Shown here in pieces: positions 9,340-18,095 of a stretch of DNA of 64,000 nucleotides (position 1 is the stretch's first letter; every line of letters begins with the position of its first letter). The notes beneath the pieces were generated by a model. It searched no databases. It was not told the DNA's origin and saw nothing but the letters and a program-made list of their open reading frames with translations. The DNA comes from Anaerolineae bacterium (GTDB lineage: Bacteria; Chloroflexota; Anaerolineae; Aggregatilineales; Phototrophicaceae). Made by a program: the position numbers and the translations under genes. The stretch spans positions 5,509-69,508 of the forward strand of contig DAOUBU010000109.1 of assembly GCA_034432395.1 (NCBI GenBank), in the 5' to 3' direction.

Positions 9340-10272
9340 TTACAGTTCGTCCGCGCCGGCGATCGTCAGGCTCTGCGCGACCCGGTCGATCAGCGGGCCG
9401 TATGGATCGAGGCCGCCGGGGGCGACAAAGGCGATCACGGAAACGGTGACATGCTCGCGCGGTTCGCCGCGCGGCACGATCCAGAGATACATGCGCACGT
9501 CGAGGGGTATCTCGCCCATATCCGCCCCGAAGATGTCGAGCACGGCGGCCTGATAGGCGTTCACCTGCCGCTGCTGCATCGGGCCGTTCTGGCCGCCGAA
9601 CGGCATGCGGATCGCGCTGCGCTCCAGAAGGGTCGGCGCATCCAGCCCGATCGCGTTCATCTCCCACGCTTCTCGCGCGGTGAGCGCGATGTACACGCCG
9701 TCTTCAGGGAAAGACCGCTGGAGGAAGTCGGGCAGGTTGAGGCCCATATTGCTCATCAGCCCGGTGTAGCTGACGATGTCGTCCCGCTCATCGTCGTTAG
9801 CGCTGAACGCCCAGCCCTCCGGCACGCCCACGGTGACCGCCGCCACCGTCTGCGTTTCCAGCGCCGGTACAGGCTGATCGCTTTCGACCAGCGTGAGTTC
9901 GGCCAGCGGCGGAAGCTGATCCGGCGGCGTGTAGGTGAGCGTCGCGGCGATCGCATCGGCCAGCGGGATCCAGCGCTCCGGGTCGAAACCGCGCGCAGCC
10001 GAGTTCACACCGATCGTCCAGATCAGCGTCGCGCCGCCCTCGCCGGGATATGCCTCGATCGCGATGCCGTAGGTGCGTCCGGCGATATCTTCGTAGAGCG
10101 CGCTGGCGGCGGGCCGCCCGTTGATCGTATATTCGCGGATCTCGTCCGGGGTGGTGTCGTTGTAATCGGGGTAGCGCAGCGCCGCCTCGATCACATCGCG
10201 CGGGGTGCTGTGCGTCTGGCGGCTGTAGCCGAAACGCGAGTCCGCGCGCGTCAGGGCAATGCCGATGCTCAC
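9340..10272 (-). CDS. Hypothetical protein (mature part of a probably secreted protein; see frameshift note)
   Basis: 310-aa ORF from GTG with non-repetitive, protein-like composition and no recognisable motif. The same frame stays open and protein-like for about 130 nt upstream of the GTG without any start codon. Confidence 0.6.
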   Translation of the reverse strand: MSIGIALTRADSRFGYSRQTHSTPRDVIEAALRYPDYNDTTPDEIREYTINGRPAASALYEDIAGRTYGIAIEAYPGEGGATLIWTIGVNSAARGFDPERWIPLADAIAATLTYTPPDQLPPLAELTLVESDQPVPALETQTVAAVTVGVPEGWAFSANDDERDDIVSYTGLMSNMGLNLPDFLQRSFPEDGVYIALTAREAWEMNAIGLDAPTLLERSAIRMPFGGQNGPMQQRQVNAYQAAVLDIFGADMGEIPLDVRMYLWIVPRGEPREHVTVSVIAFVAPGGLDPYGPLIDRVAQSLTIAGADEL

Positions 10273-10345
10273 CTCATCCGGATCGGCTGAGAAGCCGCTG
10301 CTGGGATCGGCGTAATTGTTGACGCTGGCGTTGAACAGCCAGCCC

Positions 10346-10531
10346 TCATTGAGATAGTCGAAAGCTTTGCGTGAGAGCGAACTCGTCCCCGGATTGGGCC
10401 GACAGCGGAGCGGCGAGAACGACGATGGCGACGGTCAGGATGAACCACCAGCGCACACGGGTGAACACGATTCCTCCGGCATCATCTGCTGACGACATCT
10501 TCATGATATTCGCCCGATTGGGCGAGTCCAT
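10346..10531 (-). pseudogene. Detached 5' fragment encoding a signal-anchor, probably belonging to the 9340..10272 gene (frameshift or sequencing error)
   Basis: The 61-aa ORF encodes VRWWFILTVAIVVLAAPLSAQSGDEF (TM/signal peptide with an A-x-A-like site) and then stops. The downstream gene's frame (..KAFDYLNEGWLFNASVNNYADPSSGF..) is open across this stop. Confidence 0.45.
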
Positions 10532-10653
10532 AGGCCGCAGGTCAGCGGTCGGGGAAACGGCGGATCGCCGCGCGCAGGTTGCCGCGCCGCCGCCCAGATC
10601 GGGTACAATCCGGGATCGCGAAACGTTTTTTGCAAAACAGGATCGGTGTATTC

Positions 10654-11583
10654 ATGGCTGAACCCAGAATTTGTATGGTAGGCAGTTCCAATATCGATCT
10701 GATCGCGCGCGTGCCGCGCCTGCCCGCCCCGGGCGAGACGCTGATCGGCTCGAAGTTTCAGATGGGCTTCGGCGGCAAGGGGGCCAATCAGGCGGTCATG
10801 GCGGCCAGACTGGGCGCGCAGGTGAGCGTCGTCACCCGGGTCGGGCGCGACATCTTCGGCGAAGACACGGTGAAAAATTACCGGAAGTTCGGCATCGATA
10901 CGACCTACGTGCTGTTCGACGACGAGCGCTTCAGCGGCGTCGCGCCGATCACGGTCGATGAGAACACCGGGCAGAACAGCATCATCATCGTGCCGGGGGC
11001 CAACGACGGCCTGTCGCCCGCTGATGTGCGCGCGGCGGCCTCCGTCATCCAGAGCGCCGATGCGCTGATCTGCCAGCTCGAAGTCCCGATCGCGACGACG
11101 CATGAGGCGCTCAGGGTTGCGCGGGAAGCGCCGAAGCGGGTGCTGACGATCTTCAACCCCGCGCCCGCCGCTGAATTCCCGGATGATCTGCTGCGCCTGA
11201 CCGACGTGTTTGCACCCAACGAGGTCGAGGCGGCCATGCTGACCGGGATGCCCGCCAGCACGCCGGAGGACGCCGAACGGGCGGCGCGCGCGATGCAGGC
11301 GCGCGGCGCGACGACCGTGATCATCACGCTCGGCGATCGGGGCGCGTATATCGTGGAGGGCGATCAGCCGGGCTATCACGTCCCGGCGGAAACCGTCCAG
11401 GCCGTCGATACCACCGGCGCGGGCGATGCCTTCGTCGGTTCGCTGGCCTATCTGCTGGCGGCGGGGCGTCCGCTGGCGGAAGCGGCGCGGCTGGCCGTGG
11501 CCATCGCCACGCGCTCCGTCCTCAAGACCGGGACGCAGACCTCGTTCCCCTCACGGGATGAGGTGGCCGATCTGCTCGGCTGA
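10654..11583 (+). CDS. rbsK: Ribokinase
   Basis: ORF 10579..11583 trimmed to the ATG at 10654 (MAEPRICMVGSSNIDL). Carries GFGGKGANQAV and the DTTGAGDAFVGS anion-hole/catalytic motifs of PfkB ribokinases. Confidence 0.88.
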   Translation: MAEPRICMVGSSNIDLIARVPRLPAPGETLIGSKFQMGFGGKGANQAVMAARLGAQVSVVTRVGRDIFGEDTVKNYRKFGIDTTYVLFDDERFSGVAPITVDENTGQNSIIIVPGANDGLSPADVRAAASVIQSADALICQLEVPIATTHEALRVAREAPKRVLTIFNPAPAAEFPDDLLRLTDVFAPNEVEAAMLTGMPASTPEDAERAARAMQARGATTVIITLGDRGAYIVEGDQPGYHVPAETVQAVDTTGAGDAFVGSLAYLLAAGRPLAEAARLAVAIATRSVLKTGTQTSFPSRDEVADLLG

Positions 11584-11590
11584 GCGGGCG

Positions 11591-12505
11591 TCATCGGTTA
11601 TCCCGCGCGGCTTGATCGAGGCGGGCGAAGATTTCCGGCGTCAGTTCGCTGTCGAACACGCGCGCCACGACCTGCGCCCAGCCGTGGACGAAATAGATCC
11701 AGCCGTCCTCGACCGTCAGGGCGCGTTCGGCGCGCTGGCGTTCGGCCTGATGCAGAAAATCGAGCGCGCCGCGGTAATTGATCTCCCAGGCGAAGCCGCC
11801 CTGGGGAAATACGCCCACATCCGTGATCGGGCTGCCGGGGCGATCTTTGCCCATGCCGGTCGCGTTGATGACCAGCGATCCCGGCGGCAGCGCGGCCATC
11901 CGCGCATCATTGACGGCGGGATCGCCGTTGAGGACGTACTCGAACGGCAGATCGGTGCGCAACCGTGCGTGGATCGTCCGGGCGTGGTCGAGCCGCTCCG
12001 GGGCGATATCGGTGATGATGAAGCGGCGCGGGCGGCTGGCGGGGGGCAGCGATGCGGCGAACGTGCTGATCGCGATCGCCGCGCCGCCGCCACCGAAGCA
12101 CAGCACCTCGGCTTCGCTCCGCGCCCAGTGATCGTCCGGGATGAAGGCGCGCCAGGCCAGCCCGGATGAGATCGGATCGACCGCGCCGCCGATCAGCCGG
12201 CCTTCGCGTTTGTAGATCGCCGAGACTTCCTCGCAGATCTGCGCATAGGTGTCGAACGCATCGAACAGATCGCGCGCCGCGGCGTAGACGCCGATCTTGT
12301 GCGTCGTCACCAGCGCGCCGCGCGTCTCCGGTTCGTCTTTGATGCGCGCCACGACCGCGCGGTAATCGGCGGCGGGCGCGCCGGGCGGCAGATCGATCCC
12401 GACCAGGCGCGCCTCGACGCCGAGGATGTCCATCCAGCGCGGGAAGATCTTCATCATCGACGACTGACCGGTCGTCACGCCGATGAAGTACATGATCGCG
12501 CTCAT
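11591..12505 (-). CDS. Shikimate/quinate dehydrogenase-family protein (non-AroE subgroup)
   Basis: 304 aa. N-terminal FIGVTTGQSSMMKIFPRW, LVTTHK and the nucleotide-binding CFGGGGAA resemble the shikimate dehydrogenase-like family that often sits next to sugar kinases. Last gene of the 15586->11591 operon; overlaps the kinase stop by 4 nt. Confidence 0.6.
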   Translation of the reverse strand: MSAIMYFIGVTTGQSSMMKIFPRWMDILGVEARLVGIDLPPGAPAADYRAVVARIKDEPETRGALVTTHKIGVYAAARDLFDAFDTYAQICEEVSAIYKREGRLIGGAVDPISSGLAWRAFIPDDHWARSEAEVLCFGGGGAAIAISTFAASLPPASRPRRFIITDIAPERLDHARTIHARLRTDLPFEYVLNGDPAVNDARMAALPPGSLVINATGMGKDRPGSPITDVGVFPQGGFAWEINYRGALDFLHQAERQRAERALTVEDGWIYFVHGWAQVVARVFDSELTPEIFARLDQAARDNR

Positions 12506-14037
12506 GCCTGCGCCCCGGCGATCTGATCGTAGATCGGCACGAGCGCCTGATAGGCCGCGTCGAAGATCGGGTACAGCTTGTCGTAGACCGCCCGGGCCGC
12601 CGGGTCGGGCTGGATCGTCTCGGCGATCGGGTTCATCTGGCTGATGATGTCCCAGTCGCGGTACAGGCCGACGCCGATGCCCCCGGCCACCGCCGCGCCC
12701 ATCGAGGTCGCCTCTTCGAGCACGCTCAGCCGCAGGATCGGCATGCCGTAAATCGACGCCATGATCTGATTCCAGAAACGACCGCGCGCCCCGCCGCCGA
12801 TGACGCGCATGGCATCGATGCGCGTGCCCTGGGCGCGGAAGGCGTCGAGGATGACGCGCAGGTTGAACGTGATCCCCTCCAGGCTGGCGCGGATCAGGTC
12901 GGCGCGGGTGTGGCGAATCGTCAGGCCGATGAACGCGCCGCGCGCGCGCGGGTTCCAGCGCGGGCTGCGCTCGCCCAGCAGGTAGGGCAGGAAGAGCAGG
13001 CCGTTGGCCCCGGCGGGCGAACGTTCGGCGCTGAAGTTCATCAGTTCATACGGGCTGAGGCCCAGATCGCCGGCGGCGCGCACTTCGAGCGGGCTGAGCT
13101 GATCGCGCATCCACTGGTAGGAGGCCCCGGCGGCCTGCATCGTACCGGTGGGCATGAAGCGCCCCGGCATCAGATGGGCGAAGGTGAAGGTGCGCTCGGT
13201 CGGATCGAAGATCGGCTCGGCGGTGCACAGCGCGATCCATGACGATGAGCCGATGTAATTGTAGGCCGAGCCGTCGGCGATCACGCCCGCGCCGACGCCC
13301 GCGCACGAGCCGTCACCGCCGCCAGCCACCACCGGGATGCCCGCCGGCAGGCCGAGTTCGGCGGCGGGTTCGGGCAGCAGTTCCCCGGCGATCGCGGTGG
13401 AGGGGATGATCTCCGGCAGCTTGGCGGCGTCCAGCCCGGCGGCATCCAGGATCGCCGCTGACCAGGTGCCCGCTTCCAGATCGTACATGTTCGTGCCGCT
13501 GGCGTCGCTCGGTTCGGTGATGAAGCGCCCGGTCATGCGCGCGATCATGGCGTCTTTGGCCATGACGAAGCGGTGCGTCCGCGCGTAGATCTCCGGCTGA
13601 TGCTGCTTGACCCACAGGATCTTGCTCAGGGAGTACGAGGCGCTCAACCGGTGGCCGGTGATGCGGTAGACCCGCGCCGGGTCGATGCGTTCGGCGATCT
13701 GCGCCTGCTGTTCGACGGAGCGCTGATCGGCCCAGATGATGGCGCTGCGCAGCGGGCGGGCGCGCTCGTCCAGCGGCACGCAGCCCATCATCTGCCCGCT
13801 GAAGACGATGCAGGCCACCGCTTCGCCCCGGATCGACGTCTGGGCGAGCAGTTTCTGAGTCGAGTCGCAGACGGCGCGCCACCAGTCCTCGACGTTCTGC
13901 TCCGCCCAGCCGGTGGACGGGAAGCTGACGCCGTATTCGAACAGCGCGCTGCCGATCAGCCGTCCGTCGGCATCGTACAGCGATGCCTTGTTGCCGGTCG
14001 TGCCCAGATCGTGGGCGAGGACGTACTGGCCGGTCAT
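12502..14037 (-). CDS. FGGY-family carbohydrate kinase (xylulokinase/glycerol kinase-like)
   Basis: ORF 12502..14331 trimmed to the ATG at 14037 (MTGQYVLAHDLGTTGNKASLYD). The discarded 98 codons are Arg-rich and overlap the upstream gene. C-terminal VIGGGARGRFWNQIMASIYG is typical of FGGY kinases. Confidence 0.88.
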   Translation of the reverse strand: MTGQYVLAHDLGTTGNKASLYDADGRLIGSALFEYGVSFPSTGWAEQNVEDWWRAVCDSTQKLLAQTSIRGEAVACIVFSGQMMGCVPLDERARPLRSAIIWADQRSVEQQAQIAERIDPARVYRITGHRLSASYSLSKILWVKQHQPEIYARTHRFVMAKDAMIARMTGRFITEPSDASGTNMYDLEAGTWSAAILDAAGLDAAKLPEIIPSTAIAGELLPEPAAELGLPAGIPVVAGGGDGSCAGVGAGVIADGSAYNYIGSSSWIALCTAEPIFDPTERTFTFAHLMPGRFMPTGTMQAAGASYQWMRDQLSPLEVRAAGDLGLSPYELMNFSAERSPAGANGLLFLPYLLGERSPRWNPRARGAFIGLTIRHTRADLIRASLEGITFNLRVILDAFRAQGTRIDAMRVIGGGARGRFWNQIMASIYGMPILRLSVLEEATSMGAAVAGGIGVGLYRDWDIISQMNPIAETIQPDPAARAVYDKLYPIFDAAYQALVPIYDQIAGAQA

Positions 14038-14618
14038 CGCGTCACCCCGCTGAAGCGCGGATTGGCGATCACGCGGTAGCCCGCGCCATCGGCGACGACG
14101 ATCGAGGCGAAGCCGCTCCGTTCGATCGAACCGTAGTCGTAGCCCGCGTCTGCCGCGAACAGGCTGAGGAAGACGAAATTGTCGCTGCCGACGTTGGCCG
14201 TGCGGTGCGCCATATACGGCGGCACGTAGGCGACTGTCCCGGCGCGCATTTCCTGATACTGCGTTTCGCCCTCCGGCGTCATCAGCAGCAGCACGCCCGT
14301 CCCGCTCAGGCCGTAATAGACCTCGGCGCACTGGGCTTTGGCGTGGTAATGGCCTTTGGTCATGAAGAACTCATCCCCGACGCGCCCCGGATGGATGATC
14401 GTCGTGCCGAAGCTCAACTGGCCGTCAACGGAAGGCGCATCCCAGCCGTAATGGACTTCGTAGATCAGCGGGTTGGCGGCCTTGAGCGCGTCCTCGGCAG
14501 CGGCGTCGGCGTAGTAGCCGGGCATGTCGCTCAAAAAGCGCCGCTGGATGATGCCGGGGACGGGGATCGCCCCGGAAGCCAGATCGATCTGAACGGTGAA
14601 AGAAGGCGTGTAGTTCAT
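14034..14618 (-). CDS. Cupin-type glucose-6-phosphate isomerase family protein
   Basis: 194 aa with TKGHYHAKAQCAEVYYGLSGTGVLLL and PPYMAHRTANVG. These match the archaeal-type cupin PGI metal-binding motifs (TxGHxH...EVY..., ...H..N) as I recall them. 4-nt overlap with the kinase start. Confidence 0.7.
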   Translation of the reverse strand: MNYTPSFTVQIDLASGAIPVPGIIQRRFLSDMPGYYADAAAEDALKAANPLIYEVHYGWDAPSVDGQLSFGTTIIHPGRVGDEFFMTKGHYHAKAQCAEVYYGLSGTGVLLLMTPEGETQYQEMRAGTVAYVPPYMAHRTANVGSDNFVFLSLFAADAGYDYGSIERSGFASIVVADGAGYRVIANPRFSGVTR

Positions 14619-15586
14619 CAGTTTGTCCCTTTAAATGGCACAATGAAGTCGCAGGGTTCGCCGCGCAGCACGGCCAGACAGTTGCGCGCGGCCAGCAGAC
14701 CGGTGCGCTCGACCGCTTCAACGGTCGCCGCGCCCGCGTGCGGGGTGACGATGACATTGTCCAGCGTCAGCAGCGGGCTGGATGCGGGCGGCTCGTGGGC
14801 GAAGACATCGAGCGCGGCCCCGCCCAGCCGCCCGGAGGCCAGTTCAGCGTACAGCGCGTCCTCGTCGATCAGGCCGCCGCGCGCCGTGTTGATGACGACC
14901 GCGCCATCGGGCAGCAGCGCGAGCGTCCGGGCGTTGAGCAGGCTGGCCGTCTCCGGCGTCAGCGGGCAGTGCAGCGATACCGCGCGCGCTTGGCACAGCA
15001 GATCGGGCAGATCGACCGGCTGCGCGTCTTCCCAGTCGCCCGTATACCACGGATCGTGGGCCAGCACGCGCATCCCCAGGCCGTGCGCGCGCCGGGCGAC
15101 CTCGCGTCCGATCGCGCCGAAGCCGATCACGCCGAGCGTTTTGCCCGTCAGCTCCCAGCCGGTCAGGCGCATCGGCGTGCCGGTGCGCGCCTGCGCGTTC
15201 ATCTGGGGGATGCCCCGCGCCAGCGCGAACAGCAGCCCGATCGCCAGTTCGGCGACCGCGATGTGATTGGTTCCGGGTGTGTTGGTGACGATCACGCCGT
15301 GACGGGCCGCCGCCGCCCGATCGATGTTATCGACGCCGACGCCATAGCGGGCGATCGTGCGCAGCGCGGGCGCGCGTTCGAACACGGTCGCGTCGCAGGT
15401 ATCCAGGCCGAGGATGACGCCGTCGATATCGGCCAGGCGGGCGGCCAGTTCAGCGGCGGAATAGGCCTGTCGCGGCGGGTCGAGCACCAGCTCGCAGCCG
15501 CTGGCGCGCAGGTAATCCTGATGCGGCCCGGGCGTGGCGCAGAACGCGCGGGCCGTGACTAGAATGCGAAATGGACGGGCATCCAA
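14618..15586 (-). CDS. D-isomer-specific 2-hydroxyacid dehydrogenase (phosphoglycerate dehydrogenase-like)
   Basis: 322 aa with GVIGFGAIGREVARRAHGLGMRV (GxGxxG), HCPLT, INTARGGL and LDVFAHEP. The stop overlaps the next start (TGATG at 14616-14620). Confidence 0.88.
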   Translation of the reverse strand: MDARPFRILVTARAFCATPGPHQDYLRASGCELVLDPPRQAYSAAELAARLADIDGVILGLDTCDATVFERAPALRTIARYGVGVDNIDRAAAARHGVIVTNTPGTNHIAVAELAIGLLFALARGIPQMNAQARTGTPMRLTGWELTGKTLGVIGFGAIGREVARRAHGLGMRVLAHDPWYTGDWEDAQPVDLPDLLCQARAVSLHCPLTPETASLLNARTLALLPDGAVVINTARGGLIDEDALYAELASGRLGGAALDVFAHEPPASSPLLTLDNVIVTPHAGAATVEAVERTGLLAARNCLAVLRGEPCDFIVPFKGTN

Positions 15587-15789
15587 GCGAACCTCGCCAG
15601 GTGAGCGGTCAGTACCGGTTCTTCCGGGTCAGGAGTATACCCCGCCGGGCGGGAAGTGACCACGGACAGGCCGGCTCCGGATCCCGATGCTGCTGGCGGC
15701 TGGCGATCCGGTTATACTTGATCTGTGTTTCTGCTGCGGCCCGCGATCGACGGCGGTGTGCCGCCGATCCTGAGACTGGAGATGCCCCG

Positions 15790-16776
15790 ATGAAGCGACC
15801 GACTTCCGCTGGACGTGCGTTCATCCTGCTGTTCGCCCTGCTGCTCGCATCCATTCTGATCCTGGGTGTATGGGTCGTGTCCGCGCAGGATGCCCCGACG
15901 GGGCCTCTGGAGCAGCCGGTCACGTACACGGTGCAGCCGGGCGACATCCTCGACCTGATCGCGGCGACGTTCGATGTGCAACTGACCTGTCTGGCGCAGT
16001 TGAACACGCTCGACAACCCCGCTCAGATCTTCCCCGGCGATACGCTGATCATCAGCCCGGAATGCCCGCCATATGACGGCGCGTCTCCGGTGCGCTTCCC
16101 GCGCTTCCCGGCGGGGCAGGGCGGCGGCGGTTCGGAGGATGCCCTGATCTACGTCCGCCCCGGCGACACGCTGGACACGCTGGGGCAGCGTTACAACGTG
16201 TCGGTGGTCTCGCTTCAGCTCGCCAACAATCTGCTGCCGGGGGCGATCCTGTTCAGCGGGCAGCGGCTCGTCATCCCGGCGGGCGCGCCGCCCTACGGCT
16301 TCTTCCCGGCAGTCTTCCCGGCGGATCAGGGCGGCGGCGCGGTTTCCGGGAGCGTGTACGTCATCCAGCCGCGCGACATCCTCGATCTGATCGCGGCTTA
16401 CTTCCAGGTCGATCTGACCTGCCTGATCGAGCGCAACAACATCGCCCGGCCCGATCGCATCCAGCCGGGGACGGAGATCGTCATCCCGGCGGACTGCGGC
16501 CCGTACCGCGGCTTCTCGTCCCGGCTGCCGGGCGCGCTGGGCGGGCTGAACATCACTTCGGCCCCGGTGATGGCCGCGACGGGGGCCGCCAGCGCGACGC
16601 CCGTCCCGGCCCAGCCGACGGCTGCACCGCTGCCCGTGACCCTGACGGCCTTCCCGACCGCGCCGGTCATCGCGGCGACGCCGACCCCGGAGACGCTGCT
16701 GAGCGCGCCGACCGCCACCCAGCCCGGCCTGAGCGGTCAGCGTCCGCCCACCGTCACGCCGACGCCGGGCGGTTGA
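15790..16776 (+). CDS. Secreted protein with three LysM domains and a Pro/Thr/Ala-rich tail
   Basis: ORF 15571..16776 trimmed to the ATG at 15790 (MKRPTSAGRAFILLFALLLASILILGVWVVSAQD). It has three LysM units: YTVQPGDILDLIAATF.., YVRPGDTLDTLGQRY.., YVIQPRDILDLIAAYF... The units are separated by FPxxQGGGG linkers. Confidence 0.85.
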   Translation: MKRPTSAGRAFILLFALLLASILILGVWVVSAQDAPTGPLEQPVTYTVQPGDILDLIAATFDVQLTCLAQLNTLDNPAQIFPGDTLIISPECPPYDGASPVRFPRFPAGQGGGGSEDALIYVRPGDTLDTLGQRYNVSVVSLQLANNLLPGAILFSGQRLVIPAGAPPYGFFPAVFPADQGGGAVSGSVYVIQPRDILDLIAAYFQVDLTCLIERNNIARPDRIQPGTEIVIPADCGPYRGFSSRLPGALGGLNITSAPVMAATGAASATPVPAQPTAAPLPVTLTAFPTAPVIAATPTPETLLSAPTATQPGLSGQRPPTVTPTPGG

Positions 16777-16876
16777 GCGCGCGGTCGCAGCACCCGATCA
16801 GCCCGGTTCGGGAACCCGATCCGGGCCACGCGCGTCTATAGTCTTCAAGCAGTTCTATTCATCCATTGGAGGAACC

Positions 16877-17953
16877 ATGCGGAGTCTGTCCGGTATTGTG
16901 ATCGTATTGATGCTGGGAGTCGGGATGCTGAGCGCGGCGGACGGCCTGCTGGCGCAGCCTGCCGATCCGTCCCCGCTGGCCGGCACGCGCTGGCAGCTCG
17001 TCGAGATGAACGGCGCGGTCGAGCCGTTCGTCACCCTGGCGTTCGATGATCAGGGCCGCGTGAGCGGCAGCGGCGGCTGCAACCGCTACGGCGGGGGGTA
17101 CAGCATCGACGGAGAAACCATTCGCTTCACCGATCTGTTCAGCACGATGATGGCCTGCCCGCATCTGCAGGTGGAGCAGGCGTTTTTCGCCGCGCTCGGC
17201 AGCGCCAGCACCTTCGAACTGGGCGATGACAGCCTGATCATCCGCTATGGTTCGGGGGACGCGCTCGTGTTCGCCCCGGCCCCGGCGCTGGAAGGGTCGA
17301 TGTGGCAGCTCGCGGCTATCGACGGCGCGCCCGCCGCTGACGGGGCGCTCGTCACGCTGTTGTTCGCCGAAGATGGCAGCCTGGGCGGGGACAGCGGCTG
17401 CAACCGCTACCGTTCCAGCTACAGCGCCGATGCCGATGCCGGGACGCTGGCGATCGAGCCGGTGCTGAGCACGCGCCGCGCCTGCCTGAGCGAGGAATTG
17501 AGCGCGCAGGAAGCGGCCCTGCTGACGGGGTTGGAGGCCGCCGCTCGCTACAGCCTGCGGCCCGACCGCCTGCTCATCACCACGACGGCGGGCCAGCGCC
17601 TGGAATTCACCCCTTACAACCCGCTGGCGGGCACAGCCTGGGCGCTGACGACGATCGACGGCGCGGCCCCGCTGCCTGAGACGTCGATCACCCTGGAATT
17701 CAGCGCGGACGGGCGCGCCGCCGGCTCGGATGGCTGCAATCAGTACAGCGGCGCGTACCGCGTGACGGCGACCAGCCTGCGCATCGGCCCGAATCTGATC
17801 GCAACGCTGCGCGCCTGCCAGCCGGAGATCATGGATCAGGCCCAGACCTATCTCGGCATGCTGATCGCCGCGACCGGCTACAGCCTGAGCGGCGATCAAC
17901 TGACGATCACGGATGCGGAAGGCGGAGCGCTGGTCTTCCGCGCGCAGCAGTAG
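16877..17953 (+). CDS. Secreted protein with three META (HslJ-like) domains
   Basis: Signal peptide MRSLSGIVIVLMLGVGMLSAADG. There are three repeats, each with W.L...G and GCNRY/GCNQY motifs (GCNRYGGGYSIDG, GCNRYRSSYSAD, GCNQYSGAYRV). A GGAGGA SD lies upstream. Confidence 0.85.
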   Translation: MRSLSGIVIVLMLGVGMLSAADGLLAQPADPSPLAGTRWQLVEMNGAVEPFVTLAFDDQGRVSGSGGCNRYGGGYSIDGETIRFTDLFSTMMACPHLQVEQAFFAALGSASTFELGDDSLIIRYGSGDALVFAPAPALEGSMWQLAAIDGAPAADGALVTLLFAEDGSLGGDSGCNRYRSSYSADADAGTLAIEPVLSTRRACLSEELSAQEAALLTGLEAAARYSLRPDRLLITTTAGQRLEFTPYNPLAGTAWALTTIDGAAPLPETSITLEFSADGRAAGSDGCNQYSGAYRVTATSLRIGPNLIATLRACQPEIMDQAQTYLGMLIAATGYSLSGDQLTITDAEGGALVFRAQQ

Positions 17954-18095
17954 ACGACTGTGCGTGCGCTGCGATGATGCGCCGGGGCGGCTGTCAGGCC
18001 GTCCCGGTTCGATTCTCGCTCTGGCATCGGGCGGGAAACCTGCTATTGTGGTGCGCACGATCGGTTTTTTTTTAAGATGGTATGAAGGTTGCTGT

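Noticed and set aside
12502-14331. N-terminal extensions offered by the ORF track for several genes: 14038-14331 of the FGGY kinase, 416-613, 10579-10653, 15571-15789, 17913-18095, 18572-18652, 24248-24292, 25488-25613, 32499-32531, 33366-33425, 44867-44923, 57538-58005, 60640-60705
   Set aside because: The extensions are Arg-rich or overlap the preceding gene. Family-typical N-termini begin at internal ATG or GTG codons that have SD sequences or ATGA/TGATG coupling to the upstream stop.
18065-18073. Run of nine T residues upstream of cysC, considered as an intrinsic terminator of the META-domain gene or part of a riboswitch
   Set aside because: No stable GC stem immediately precedes the T-run; there are only the short self-complementary GTGCGCAC and CGATCG. 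It lies 23 nt before the cysC ATG, so it is more likely part of the promoter, UP element or leader. I recognised no conserved riboswitch core.
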